From Mustelus asterias (lineage: Eukaryota), in assembly GCF_964213995.1 (NCBI RefSeq), contig NC_135808.1:23498001-23562000 (forward strand): a stretch of 64,000 bases of DNA, given 5' to 3'. The notes under the pieces were generated by a model. That model saw nothing but the letters and a program-made list of their open reading frames with translations. It was not told where the DNA came from and made no database searches. Both the position numbers and the translations under genes were made by a program. Position 1 is the first letter of the stretch, and each line of letters begins with the position of its first letter. Below are positions 14,435 through 26,426 of this stretch, one piece after another.

Positions 14435-14733
14435 GATCATAGATTCCCTACAGTGCAGAAGAAGGTTATTTGGCCGATCGAATCTGTAACGAGCACAATT
14501 CTACCCAGCGCCTATCCCGGTAGCCGCACACATCTACCCTGCTAAGTGGAAATTCAGCATGGCCAATGAACGTGACCTGCACATCTTTGGACCGTGTGGA
14601 AACCGGAGCACCCGGAGGAAACCCACATAGACACAGTGAGAACGTACAGACTCCACGTAGACGCTGGTCCAAGCTGGGAATCGAAACTGGCGCTGTGAGG
14701 CAACAGTGCTAACCATTGTGCCACCATGCCACC
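14435..14733 (-). mobile_element. HE1-type SINE
   Basis: Reverse-complement HE1 head and core. Confidence 0.8.
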
Positions 14734-16330
14734 CGGAAAAATGATAAAACAAAATGTTCTGTCTCTGAATGCACATAACATTCAGAGCGAAGCAGATGAA
14801 ACTGGAAATAAACAAGTTATATTTTAGAGCTTTTATGCTGACATGGCTGCAGGAAATGTAGTTTGACCTCAATATTATTGGAGTACAAAATGTTTCTGAA
14901 GTACAAGAGCGAGGAACAGGTGGAAGGGTGGTTCGTTTAGTTAATAATGGTGTTAGAACAACAGTGTGGGATGGCTGAAGTTCAGAGAACATGGATGTTG
15001 AAACGGTTAGGATGAAGAATAGAAATGATAACTGCAGGAAGCAAGCTGTGGGATTTGTGTACAGGCCCCCTAATTGTTATCACTGGTAGGCGATAGCATA
15101 ACGGCAGAAATAATTAAAGCTAATCAGAAAGGGGTGTTCTTAATCTAAATATAGATTGGAAATGTCAGAGGGACAGTGAATGTTTTTGGGATAGTTCCTT
15201 ATAACAGCATGTTGTGCAGCCAACGAGAGAGCAGCCTGTACTTGACCTGGTATTCTGCGATTAAATGGAAATAATTAATAATCTAACAGTGAAGGAACCC
15301 CTAAGTAGCAGCGACTAAATTACAATTGAACATTGCACTCCGTTTGAGGGGTGGAGAAGTGGATCTGCGACTTAAAAAAATGATAAGTGCAATTGTGAGA
15401 GCATGAGAACTGAACTGGCTAAATTGATGTGAGAAATTAGTTGAATGGATCGGCCAATAGAGATACAGTGAAAAACATTTAAGGGGATATTACAAAATGC
15501 GCAGAACAGATACATACCAACGAGTAAGAAAAACACGAAGGGGCGGACTCACCATCTATGGTTAAAGACGGAGATTAAATATACTATCAAACTAAAAGAA
15601 AACGCATATAATTGTACAAATAAAGATGACTGATTAGAAGATAGGAGTGAACATAAGGATCAGCAAAGAATGACCAAATGCCGAGAAGGAGGAAAATTTA
15701 GCATAAGAGGGAAAGTTAGCCACATAGCAAATGGTTTACAAGTATTAAAAAAGAAAGCTTATAACATGATGAACATTGTTTCAATATAATGTGTGTCTGG
15801 AGAAATAAAAATGGGAAACAAGGATTTGACACATTTACTGAACAAATATGTTCCATCGGTTTGCACAAAAGGGGGACACATGTAACATACCAGAAGAAAT
15901 TATAGTTCAGAAAATAGAAGGGAGGAAGTTAAGAAAGTTAAAGCCACCAGAGAGGTGGTGCTGCGAAAATTGTTGCAGAGCCAGGCTGATAAGTGCCTGT
16001 GTCCTGATGGACTTCATTCTCGGGGCTTAAATAGATGTCTCGTGAGATAATTGATGCATTGATTTTAGATTCGAAGATTGCAAATGTAATGAATAAATGA
16101 AATTTATTCAAAAAGCAAGGGAGAAAGTAAGCTTGAAACGACAGGCCTCTTCACTGAAAATCTGCCAGAAGGAAAGACGTTAACGCGAGCCATTTGGATA
16201 AGTTTAACGCAGTCAGGCAGATTCAACAAGGTCCTGTGCAAAAAAAAGTTTAACTAGCTTGTTGGAGTACTTTGTTGAAATAAAAGGTGCAGTGGATAAA
16301 TGAGAAACAGTGTTTGCATTTACAAAATGT

Positions 16331-16553
16331 GCGGCACGGTAGCACAGTGATTTGCACTGCTGCCTCACAGTGCTGGGGACCCAGGTTCAATTCTGGCCAC
16401 GGGTCACTGTCTGTGTGGAGTTCTCACTTTCTTCTCATGTCTGCGTGGGTTTCCTCCGGATGCTTCGTTTCTCCCACACTCCAAAGATGTGCATGTTCGG
16501 GGGATTGACCATGCTCAATTGACCCTAGTGTCAGGGGGATTAGCAGGGTAAAT
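16331..16553 (+). mobile_element. HE1-type SINE
   Basis: HE1 head and core. Confidence 0.8.
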
Positions 16554-17454
16554 GATGTAAGAAGTCATAGATTATGTCTATCCAGAAATAAGGAAGGAGC
16601 TGATTTTTTTTTAGCCTCAGAGAAGATTTAATGCAGAAACTGAATTTATAAGGTCGACATACTGAACAGATTTTCAGTTCTTAGGGGCTCCAGAATTAGG
16701 GAACATCAATATAAGATCCTCACTGATAAATTCAACAAGATATTCAGGAGAACTGCCTCAACTCAAATAATTATGTGGCACTCACTGCAAATTGGAACAG
16801 TTCATCCATGTAGCTCAGTTTACAAAAAATAAATATTTATATTTGTGGCAAAGACTGGAAGGTTACTGTGCCCAGGTTAAATGGATGAGATGAGAGAAGG
16901 TTCGGCTGGAGCATAACAACTATCAGAAATCAATTGTCTTAAATGGGCTGTTTCGGTGCTGCAAATTCAATCGTAGAAATAACTTGAGTCATCACAGCCG
17001 CAGAATTACAGAATGGTTATGGCGCAGAAGGAGTCCATTCGGCTCATCTTGTGTGCACCAGCTCTCTAAATGAGTAGTATGACTGAGTACCATTCCCCTA
17101 CATTTTCTCCATACTCTTTAACATTGTGTCCATTCAGATAATCATCTAATACCCTCTCGAGTGCTTCGATTGAAGCTACCTTCACCATAATTCAGGCAGT
17201 GCATTTCAGACATGCACACTAGTTTTTTGAAAGCCTCATGTTGGTATTTACTGTGGTGGAACTGATCCCTTTCTAAATGAAAACCAATATCTATGATCTT
17301 CAGTTTCATGTTTGTTTCTTTTCAAGGACTGAGCTAAGAGCAGGGATCAGTGTAGGTTAAATACATAGAAATTCTGAATCATAGATAATTACTGGTCTGT
17401 CAAACATTAGTCGGATACAGAAGTGAGCAATGCAAGAACTACATCCAATACTAA

Positions 17455-18852
17455 GATTGAAGCAAAATACTGCAGATGCTGAAACCTGAAACAAAATCAG
17501 AAAAGGCTGCAAAATCTCAGCAGGTCTGACAGCATCTGTGGCAAGATAATAGAGCCAACGTTTCGAGTTTGGATGAACCTTCTCCAGAGCTCAAGGCAAA
17601 CAAAATAGAACTAGATTTATGCTGTAAGGGTAGGTGACGGGGTGGGGGTTGCTCTCTAATTGAAGCGGACAGAATAGACAAAAATATATGCAAAAGGTAA
17701 TAAAAGCTGAGAATGGTGCTAACATCATCCACTAGTAGATCGGGATGTGGCAGCTTTCACAATGGTTCATGTGCACCTCCTTCAACCTGATCTATTGTAT
17801 TTGCTGGACACAATGCGGTCCACTCTACATTAGAGAGACCAACTGCAGGCAGTGTGGCCGCATTATAGAGAACATTTTATCGTCCACAAGCAGGAGCCAG
17901 GCCTTCCTCTCACTTGCCATTTTAACACCTCATCCTTCTCTCATGTGCACATGTCCGTCCTTTGCCTGTGGCAATGTTTGTGTGAAGCCCTATGCAAATT
18001 GGAGGAACAGCACCTCATCTTCCGAGGAGGCACTTTACAGCCTTCCAGACTGAAGATAGAGTTGAATAAATTCAGAGAATGAACTCTTTGCTCCACCTCC
18101 ACTCCATTTATTTCATTTTATTTCATATACTTTTCTCTTATGAATCCATTTTTATTACTTAATTTTTTTTATAATCAGTTTGATTTTTAATTTAATCCAT
18201 CGTTTCATTTGTGTACTCTCTAATCTTCCTTTCCGTCTCCACCTACCCCTTCCCCCCAAACACACACACACAAACGCACACATCCCACTCAGGTCATCTG
18301 CCACATACCTCAGCTTGTCCTTTGACATTTTACACCTGTGTTCTCTTTTTTTAGGTATTCAGATCGCTTAGTGGATGTTGCTAGCACGATTCTCAGCATT
18401 TATCAAAGCTCACATTCCCTTTTGTCCTTTGTCCATGGAATCCCTATCAGTTCTGTGCCTCTCTCTCCCCTCACCATTGCACTATACATCTCGTCCTATT
18501 TTCTATGTCTTCAGCTCTGAAGGAACGTTATCATTCAGCTCTATTCTGTCTCAACAGATGCTGTAAGAAGTCTCACAACACCAGGTTAAAGTCCAACAGG
18601 TGTATTTGGTAGCAAATACCATAAGCTTTATATATACGATAAATACGAAAGCTTACGGTATTTGCTACCAAATAAACCTGTTGGACTTTAACCTGGTCGA
18701 AAGCTTATGGTATTTGCTACCAAATAAACCTGTTGGACTTTAACCTGGTGTTGTGAGCCTTCTTACTGTGTTCACCCCAGTCCAACGCCGGCATCTCCAC
18801 ATCAACAGATGCTGTCAGACTTGTTGAGATTTCCAGCATTTGTGTTTTTTTT
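17455..18852 (+). mobile_element. Penelope-like element with an inverted terminal copy and GIY-YIG endonuclease remnant
   Basis: FMCTSFNLIYCICWTQCGPLYIRET (GIY-YIG) and KLEEQHLIF..GTLQP. The two ends are reverse complements (CTCAGCAGGTCTGACAGCATCTG). Confidence 0.8.
18565..18801. mobile_element. Short palindromic Penelope-derived element nested in a Penelope terminus
   Basis: Inverted arms (GTAAGAAG...ACACCAGGTTAAAGTCCAACAGG), internal partial duplication, 14-bp duplication TCAACAGATGCTGT at 18551-18564 and 18802-18815. Confidence 0.75.
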
Positions 18853-18999
18853 ACGACAGTCCTTCATTCAGCACTTGTGATAGGCGGATCGTTAAAAACA
18901 GTGACGCATTCTCAGGACTATGTTGGATGAAGTTGATTAATCAGCAGCAAAATAAATATTAAGGGTTTACTGGAAATATTGCAAATACTAGTATTGGTG

Positions 19000-19278
19000 A
19001 CCGACCATACCAACCCCATGCCGGTAACCCTTTGCGTTTATCGTGGCTGATCCATCGAACCTATACATCTTGGGAAACAAAGGCCAATTTAGCATGGCCA
19101 ATTCACCTAACCTGCACATCTCTGGACTGTGGGAGGAAACCAGAGCACCGAGAGGACACCCACGCCAACGTGGGTGAATGTGCAAACTCCACACGGACAG
19201 ACATCAAAGGTCGGAATTGAAAGTGGGTCCCTTGCGCTGTGAGGCAGCAATGCTAATCATTGTGCCACCGTGCCGCCC
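19000..19278 (-). mobile_element. HE1-type SINE
   Basis: Reverse-complement HE1 head and core. Confidence 0.8.
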
Positions 19279-19670
19279 AATGTCAATGCCAATACAATTC
19301 ACATTAGAAGTTTATTACCAAACATCTTGAACCAAAAGTAAAATAAATCACTTGGCCACAGATAAGCAATAAAATACGAAGGCAAGCACACAGATCAGGG
19401 ATCAGACAAATAAAACAATGATACAAAAATACAACCAAATTGTTTCATACCAGTTAGTGACTACAGTCAGTACAATTCTACAGTGACAGCGACTCCCGAA
19501 ATCTCCCTCTGAGAGTTTCCTGCGCTGAGTCCGATTCAGTTCCACACATAACACAATTACTGATCGTGCATCTGTGCAAAATTCAGTATATCACTGTATG
19601 AAACGCAGAGCAAGGTCCTGGACCAGCTCTGGCATATCGCCAGACTTACTCAATTGCCATACTTACTCAC

Positions 19671-19734
19671 TTGGAATGCCAATGACAGCAAGAACCATGT
19701 AGTATATTTTCCTGATACTATCAACATATTCCAT
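19671..19734 (-). CDS. gpr139-like: Gene A exon 1 (MEYVDSIRKIYYMVLAVIGIP + 1 nt)
   Basis: 64 nt from ATG to a canonical GTGAGT donor. Phase 1 matches exon 2 and gives ...IGIP-I-NLMAI. YYxxLxxIGxP parallels GPR139 TM1 (YYSLLLCLGLPAN). Spliced length 963 nt = 321 codons. Confidence 0.88.
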
Positions 19735-20224
19735 GTTTTTCTATGTGACGTGATCTGTCCTTCAAGCAATCTTTCTGTCTCCAACTCTGGCATGGTACAT
19801 TTGTACACGTTTTAATTAATATGGATTCTCCACTGGGACCATGAAGTTGTAAAATCATTGACGTAGATTCTTTAAAAAAATCAAACAGATTGTGAGGACC
19901 AATTTAATCCCTGCTGTGACAACTATATTTGGAGCTGAGATTGAATTGGAAAACACTAAAGAATGAACAATTTTGATCACACTATTTTTAAAAAGATGGA
20001 AATGTTGATCATTATAAAACCGTCAGGTCCATCTCTAGAATACACACAGTTTCAGTGACCACTTCACACTGCTGTTTCCAATCAGCAATTAAAATACAAA
20101 GTTGAACTGCTAATTCTGGGCTGCACCATTGAAATATTGGATATGGCTGCAGTCTTTAACTGTAACCATTCGCTTCGATTATTCCAGTGGAAGTTTTGTG
20201 TCTGTGCAGTGGGAAAATAACCCA

Positions 20225-20710
20225 AACCCTCAAACGAATATAATCCCTCAAATTGATAAGAGTGTCGCAAACAAATACAAACCCTCAAACTGATACAATC
20301 CCTCAAACAAATACAGACATTCAAACTAATACAGTCCCTCAAACTGATTCAGGCCATCAAAGTAATACAATCCCTGAAAATGATACAGTCCCTCAAAATA
20401 ATAGCCTGTCAAATTAATATATTCACTCAAACTGTTACAGTCCCTCAAACTAATGCAGCCCATCAATCTAATGAAATCCCCCAAACTAATACAATCCTTC
20501 AAACTGATAGTCTTCAACCGAAAAAAGTCCCTCAGACAAATGCTTTCCACATATTAATACAATGCTTCCAACGGATACAGTCCTTCAAACGAATACAATC
20601 CCTCAAAGTAATACAATCCTTCGAACTGATCAATGGCCGCAAACAAATACAGTCCCTCAAACTAATACTGTCCACAAACTAAGACAGTCCCTCAACCTAA
20701 TACAGTGCCA
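20225..20710. repeat. Degenerate 18-bp minisatellite (CCCTCAAACTAATACAGT)n upstream of gene A
   Basis: Repeated CCCTCAAAC with 18-nt period. Confidence 0.85.
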
Positions 20711-21689
20711 ACTGCGACAGTTTAAAACATTCTTGACATTCAGTGGAGTTACCATCGCTCAGTGCCTGACTATATCAAACTCCAGGGGTTGTGGAGGAGT
20801 CAGGGTTGGGGAGGAACGGGAGAGGAGAATGGCTGTCGGAGTTACCATTGATCAGAAACTGAAGTAACTCAACTGTCTAAATGTTTTGCCTGTAATAACA
20901 GATCTGATCCTGGGAATGCACTTTCAGCGTCCATAAAGCCAGTCCACCATCTGCAAGGCACAAGTCAGGAGTGTGACGGAATATTCTCCACTTGGCTGAG
21001 CTGGTGCAGCTCCAACAACACTCAAGAATCTTAACAACATCCAGAATAAAGCAACCCATCAACATCCACAGTCAACACCATTGATTCAGAGTAACAGTAA
21101 TGTCTACCATTTACATGATGCCCTTCTGCAACTCACCAAGTCTTAGGCAATATCTTTCAACCATGCACAGAATAGATCAAAGCATAGAATGTGTACAGTG
21201 CAGAAGGAGGCATTCAGCCCATCAAGTCTGCACCGAATCTCTGAAACAGCACCTTAACCAGGCCTTGATTTGAACTCTGTGCATCTATTTTTAAAGCCAA
21301 GGATTCTGCGTGCTGTTTTAACCAAAATAATAACCTGTCTGCCACATTCAGAGATTTCTGCATACGCACCTTCAGATGTTGTGCTAATACTGTGCCATTA
21401 TGAAAAAAATAAAAAAATATATAGTTATATCATGTTTTATTGCAATGGATGTGTTTGCAATTCAAATCTGTTTTATAGGGTGCCAATTTGTCTAAGAAGA
21501 AAATTAAATTGGTAGGTGGTGGAACACCTGTTTTCTCTACTTAAATGCAATGGATTAAGCAGATAGACTGCTGCTGCGCACAGTAACATTAAGAATTGCA
21601 ATTCTAAGAACTTGCAGTGCGTTTGCTTGCAGAGGAACATGGAGGGAAATGCTGAAATAACATTCCATTCCTCTGATTGTTGTCAAATC

Positions 21690-22960
21690 AATTCCTAAAA
21701 ATGTTAATTAGCTTGTTCCAATCGTGAAGGGAGGCAGGTGGGCAGGGCAGACAGGGAGGGTGCTGGCAGCCATGCCAACCTTGGAGCCACATCTCCCTAA
21801 TGCCAAATATATCATGCACGTTTATCTGAGCAACAAATTCTTCCATTTTGTTTCGAATGCTCCGAGCAGTCAGGTATAACACCTTAAGGTGAGAACTTTT
21901 AACATTTATTTTCCTTTTCCTACTATTTTTACTCGGTCTGTATACGACTCTGGCCCTTGATTTCTCTGCCTATCACGTTCCTTATTCGCCTTACTGTCTT
22001 TTATTCTTGTTCTTAATTCCCCTGCTCTGAATTCTTGCAAAGGTTCCCATCCCCCTGTCATATTAGTTTAAACCCTCCCTAACCACTCTACTATGTACAC
22101 TTCCAAGGACATCAGTACAGGTCCTGCCGAGATTTGCACGAGTCCCACCTGCCCCAGAACTGGTCCCAACGCCCTAGGAATCTGAAACCATCTTTTCAGC
22201 CACGTATTCATGCTATGTATCCTGCTGTTTCTACACAGGTTAGCATGCGGCACAGGTAGTAATCCTGAGATCACCACCTTTGATTCCTTTTCAGCTTGCT
22301 CCCTACATCTGTATACTCTCCTTTTAGGACCTCATTCTTTTTTAAATGTATCGTTTTTACCAATTTCTACTGCAACCACTGGTGGTTCACCCTCCACCTT
22401 CAGAATGTCCTGCAGCTGCTCCGATACATCCTTGACCCGAGCACCAGGGAGGCAACATACCTCCCTGAAGTCTCGTTTGCAGCCACATAAACACCTATCA
22501 GTTCCCATTATAATTTAATCCCCAATACCTATTGCATTTTCACAAATTTTACTCCTCCCCTCTGCAGAACCAACAGTGGTACAACGGATTTGGCGGTTGC
22601 TGATTTCCCCTGAAAGGCCAATCCCCTCAACATGATCCATAACATTGTCTCTGTTTTGCATGGCAATAGCCACAGGAGATTCCTGCAATGCCTGCCTAGC
22701 TCCCTTGCTTTGCTGTGGCCACCTCTCTATATGTGCTATCAACAATACTCCCCACCTCGCAGATACTCCATAGTGTCTCCAACCGCGGCTGTATTTCCGG
22801 GATGTGTGTTTCCAGGAGTTGCAGTTGGAGACACTCCTGCACACATGCTGGCCCCGGGCACTGGAAACATGGTGCACCTCCCACATGGAGCACGAAGAGC
22901 ATACACGGCTTGGAGCTCTCCTGTTATGTCTTACCCCTTTAAATTAAACTTTTGAAAGAT
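21690..22960 (-). mobile_element. CR1 5' region (ORF1 zinc finger plus SGNH-esterase, start of ORF2)
   Basis: CSSCSMWE..HVC zinc finger, IGD, VVISGLLPVP, MNTWLKRW; LYLTARSIRNK endonuclease start. Confidence 0.75.
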
Positions 22961-24269
22961 GTTTTGTTTCAGATTATATCTAATTATCTAGGTCTCGTAT
23001 TTCCTGCTCCTCGTTCCTACCGGATATCAACTTTAAAAACTATAAACCAGAAAATTACCTCCGAGACTACAAGCAATAAAATAATTAAATAAATGCCCGA
23101 ACTTGCTACCTACCAATCAGCTCGTTCCTTATGCCCTCTACTACTTCAGCAGGGCAAGGCCACACCTTACTTTTCCTCTTCACCTTTTCGCTCGAGGAGG
23201 AAGGAGAGAGGGAAACACTAACGTTGTGTCTTAAGCTTAACCGCTCCTTGACACCAGTTCATCCGCTGTCCACTGTACATTCGAGGTGACCTTGCTGAGC
23301 TCTCCCTGAATGCTCATCTACTGCCTCTTTTGGATGATTTTCCTACTGTTTTTCTCTGGAAAAATCCACTGTACAGTCGAGGTGACTGCACTGACTTCTC
23401 CCAAAATGTTCCTCTGCCATTTCTGCTCGATGTTCTTCCTCCTCTTTGTCTATGGAGGGTTTCTTCTGCCGGCTACTCCCATGAGGACATGACGCTACAG
23501 ATTTTTGTTGAGCGCAATTCTGTTGCTATCGATTGACCACAGTGGCTCATGGAAGCCGAGTCCTTGTTGTTCGATCGATTCTATCGTTTTTTTTTCCAAC
23601 ATCGCATGTGCCACAGGAATTGATGTAGCGTTTCTTCACTGTGAAGAGGGGCCTTTCTCTCCACATGAACACCGCGGTGGTCTCTTCTCCAAATCATGTC
23701 ATGGATAAAGCAGCTGTGGTCGGCAGGGTGGTTGAAATGAGGTGGAATATGTTTTTTTCTTCTTAATGTGGGCAGAATTTTCCCATGTGCGCAGTGGGGT
23801 GGCTGCTGCTGCGACTCTCCAACTGACCAGAATGGTGGATTCCCACACCACATGCATCGCTTTCATTCTCATTAATTGGATCCGTTCTGACTCTCCTGGC
23901 AGGACGCCAGCTAATTCGTCCAACCGCCCTCAGCTGGCAGGTGTGAAGCTTCCGGCGCCACATTTAACGACCAGTGGAACACATCCACCTTCCAGTCTCT
24001 CAGCCCACGTGTTTTAATCAGACCATGTAGAATGTCATCAACCCAGAGGGGTATGCAATAAGCCTGAATTAAGAAATATGTTCCTTGATTCAAGAACCGC
24101 CCCCCCCACCCCCAACCCATCATATGCTCCACTTAGACCTCAACCCTAGGTGCAGTATTGAACCAATACTGTTACGCAGGAGGATCAATGGGTCTAACAG
24201 CACTGTGCTGTCCATGAAGACCAACTCAGCATCGAGACAGAGGCAGAAACTAATTTGTCCCGGCTGAAT

Positions 24270-25380
24270 GGTGAACTGCTCATTCGGACCAGTGCGGCAT
24301 TACGGCAGAAAGTTTGTTGCACTGACCCCTAAGAACCATGGGGATGAAGGATCGCTTTGCACTTATTCGCTGTTTGCAGTCAACGTTAACACAATGAAAG
24401 GTGATTGTGGGAATTGGAGGTCAGTCATCTCAACTATTGGGACATCACTGCTGCAGGTACACAAGAAGGTGCCTGAGACGCAATCATCTTCAGCTGCTTC
24501 ATCAATGACCGTGCCCTATCCGAAAGTCATAAGTGTGGTTTTTCGCTCATTAATGCACAATATTCAGCACCGTTCGCATCTCCTCCGGTACTGAAGTAGT
24601 AAGAACTGGATCATTACTCAGTCCTGGACTGGCAAGTAGCAAGTAACATTCCCAACACACAAGTACCAGGTAAGGACCATCCTCAAACATAAAGGTGCGA
24701 AATATTCTCATTACATTCAATAGAATTGCCATTGCTGAATTCCCATGCTTTCAATATCCTAGGCTGGTACGACTAAACTGAAATCGAATTGGACTTGATA
24801 GAGAAATACTGTGGCTCTAAGTGCAGATAAAAGGCTGGGAAATCCGTGGGGAGCAAGACACTTCCTAAAGCCGACATGCTGCCCACAATCTACAAGGCAG
24901 AAGTCAGCAGGGTGATGGAATACTCAACATTTGTCTGGATATCTGCAGCTGGAACAACACTCAAAACGCTCGAAACCATCCAGGAGAAAGCAATGCGCTT
25001 CATTGTCAACACCTCACCCCCCAAAAAAGAAACATTAATACCCTTCACCACTAATAACCAATGCCAGGCGTGTATACCATCTACACCATACATTGGATCA
25101 CCTCGTTTTTTTCTTCGACAGCACTTTGCAAACCCACATCATCTACAATCTAAGAAAAAGGGAAGAGGCCTCTTGGAAAAATACCAAACTGGAAGTTTCT
25201 TCCCATCCGGTCACCATCCTGACTTCAAAATATGACGCTGCTCCTTCACTGTTACCCAGTCAACATCCAGGAACTCCCTCGCTAACAGGACTGCAGTGCA
25301 CCAAGAAGAGGGCCCACCACCAGCTTCTTAACGCCAATTAGGGGTGGGCAATAAATGCTGGCATTACCACCGATGTGCAC
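24270..25380 (+). mobile_element. Degenerate CR1/L2-group LINE RT fragment (related pieces at about 20870-21160 +, 51100-51790 -, 53820-54680 +)
   Basis: TIYKAEVSRVMEYS...LETIQEKA motif recurs in all pieces, with a shared 3' UTR (GGGCAATAAATGCTGG). Confidence 0.65.
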
Positions 25381-25435
25381 AACCTTTGACAAAAGACCCT
25401 GAATGTTTAGTCATTAAACTTAAGGCCGAGCTCTT

Positions 25436-25763
25436 TTTTTAAATACTTTTCCAATTCAATCAAATCAAATCCAATTCAGAGTCTCAACAAGTTGAGACAT
25501 TTCAGATCCAGGCTGACAAGACAGGGCGAGCGACCAAATCACCCTGTCCTGGGCCTGATCTACATGAGCCAAGTTGATTGGAGGAGCAAAGCAACACCTC
25601 CTCCAAGACTTGAGCTCATTTGCATCTTAGCCAAAAGGCCGGGATGCCGCTTTTAAAAATTGCTTCATATGAAACATATGAAGCCTCAATGTAACCCAAT
25701 GACCTCAACCAAGTGCAGCATCCAATCCATACTACACTTGATCTTCGCCAAAAGGCCGAGAAG
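25436..25763 (-). mobile_element. U2 snRNA-headed short retroposon (Keno/Tx1-derived or SINEU-like)
   Basis: 5' end CTTCTCGGCCTTTTGGCGAAGATCAAGTGTAGTA matches the U2 5' end; second U2-like stretch near 25622-25647; A-rich 3' end; 18-bp TSD ACTTAAGGCCGAGCTCTT. Confidence 0.8.
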
Positions 25764-26426
25764 ACTTAAGGCCGAGCTCTTATATTAATTCAGCATTCCT
25801 CCCAGTTCCTATCTCTGCAGCTTGTCCCAAAATGAAATACGGAAACTGGATTTAAGCACCCCCTTTCAAAGTGCAGCTGTCTCACTTCATTCCTTGCACT
25901 AGTATTGTCTATGCAGCATTAGTGCTGTATTTGATGCCCTCTGAGATGGGTTCCAGATGGATCTCACTCAGTCTAGCATCCCCCAATAAGGGGTACCTGG
26001 GGTGTTACAATGGGCTGTTAATTTTCATGCAAAGCTCCTGTTGAAGCGATAGAATAGTGAGAAGCTTAAATGAAACAAAAAGAAATGCATTGGGTGACAG
26101 TCAGAAAATGTGTTCACGCAATCCAGGAAAAGGGAAAATAATTTTAAAAAAGTAAGTAAACCAGATGGGAGCAAAAGAAATATGTGATTAATTGTGGACA
26201 ACGGCCCTGCAGTCATCCGCAAACTGCAGATCTGGTTTGTTGATGGTGGTGAATTAAATTTTGGCACTGAGGCATCTGAGGTTAAAGAACTTTCCATCCA
26301 GAATGGACTTAATAGTTGACTTCTGGTCAGCTGAATAGCCACTTTCAGGTAGATTGCGAATATTAAGGTGGTTTATCAACCTTGATGGACACAGGTCCAC
26401 ATCTTCACATTAATAACCATGGTAAC

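Larger units (their letters stand above)
13400..16950 (+). mobile_element. Old, fragmented CR1 LINE remnants in the gene A intron (ORF1 esterase, endonuclease and RT pieces) with SINE insertions
   Basis: Degenerate CLPDAKVQDI (ORF1), VYRPP, LDLVF and PLSSSD endonuclease motifs. Confidence 0.65.

Noticed and set aside
23270-23960. Possible Harbinger-type transposase remnant (similar unexplained GC-richer blocks at 685-1250 and 61600-62050)
   Set aside because: Only faint resemblance (KRY...KTI); cannot be supported without a profile search.
25731-25763. Functional U2 snRNA gene
   Set aside because: Only about 34 nt match, with no Sm site or 3' stems, and it lies inside a TSD-flanked insertion.
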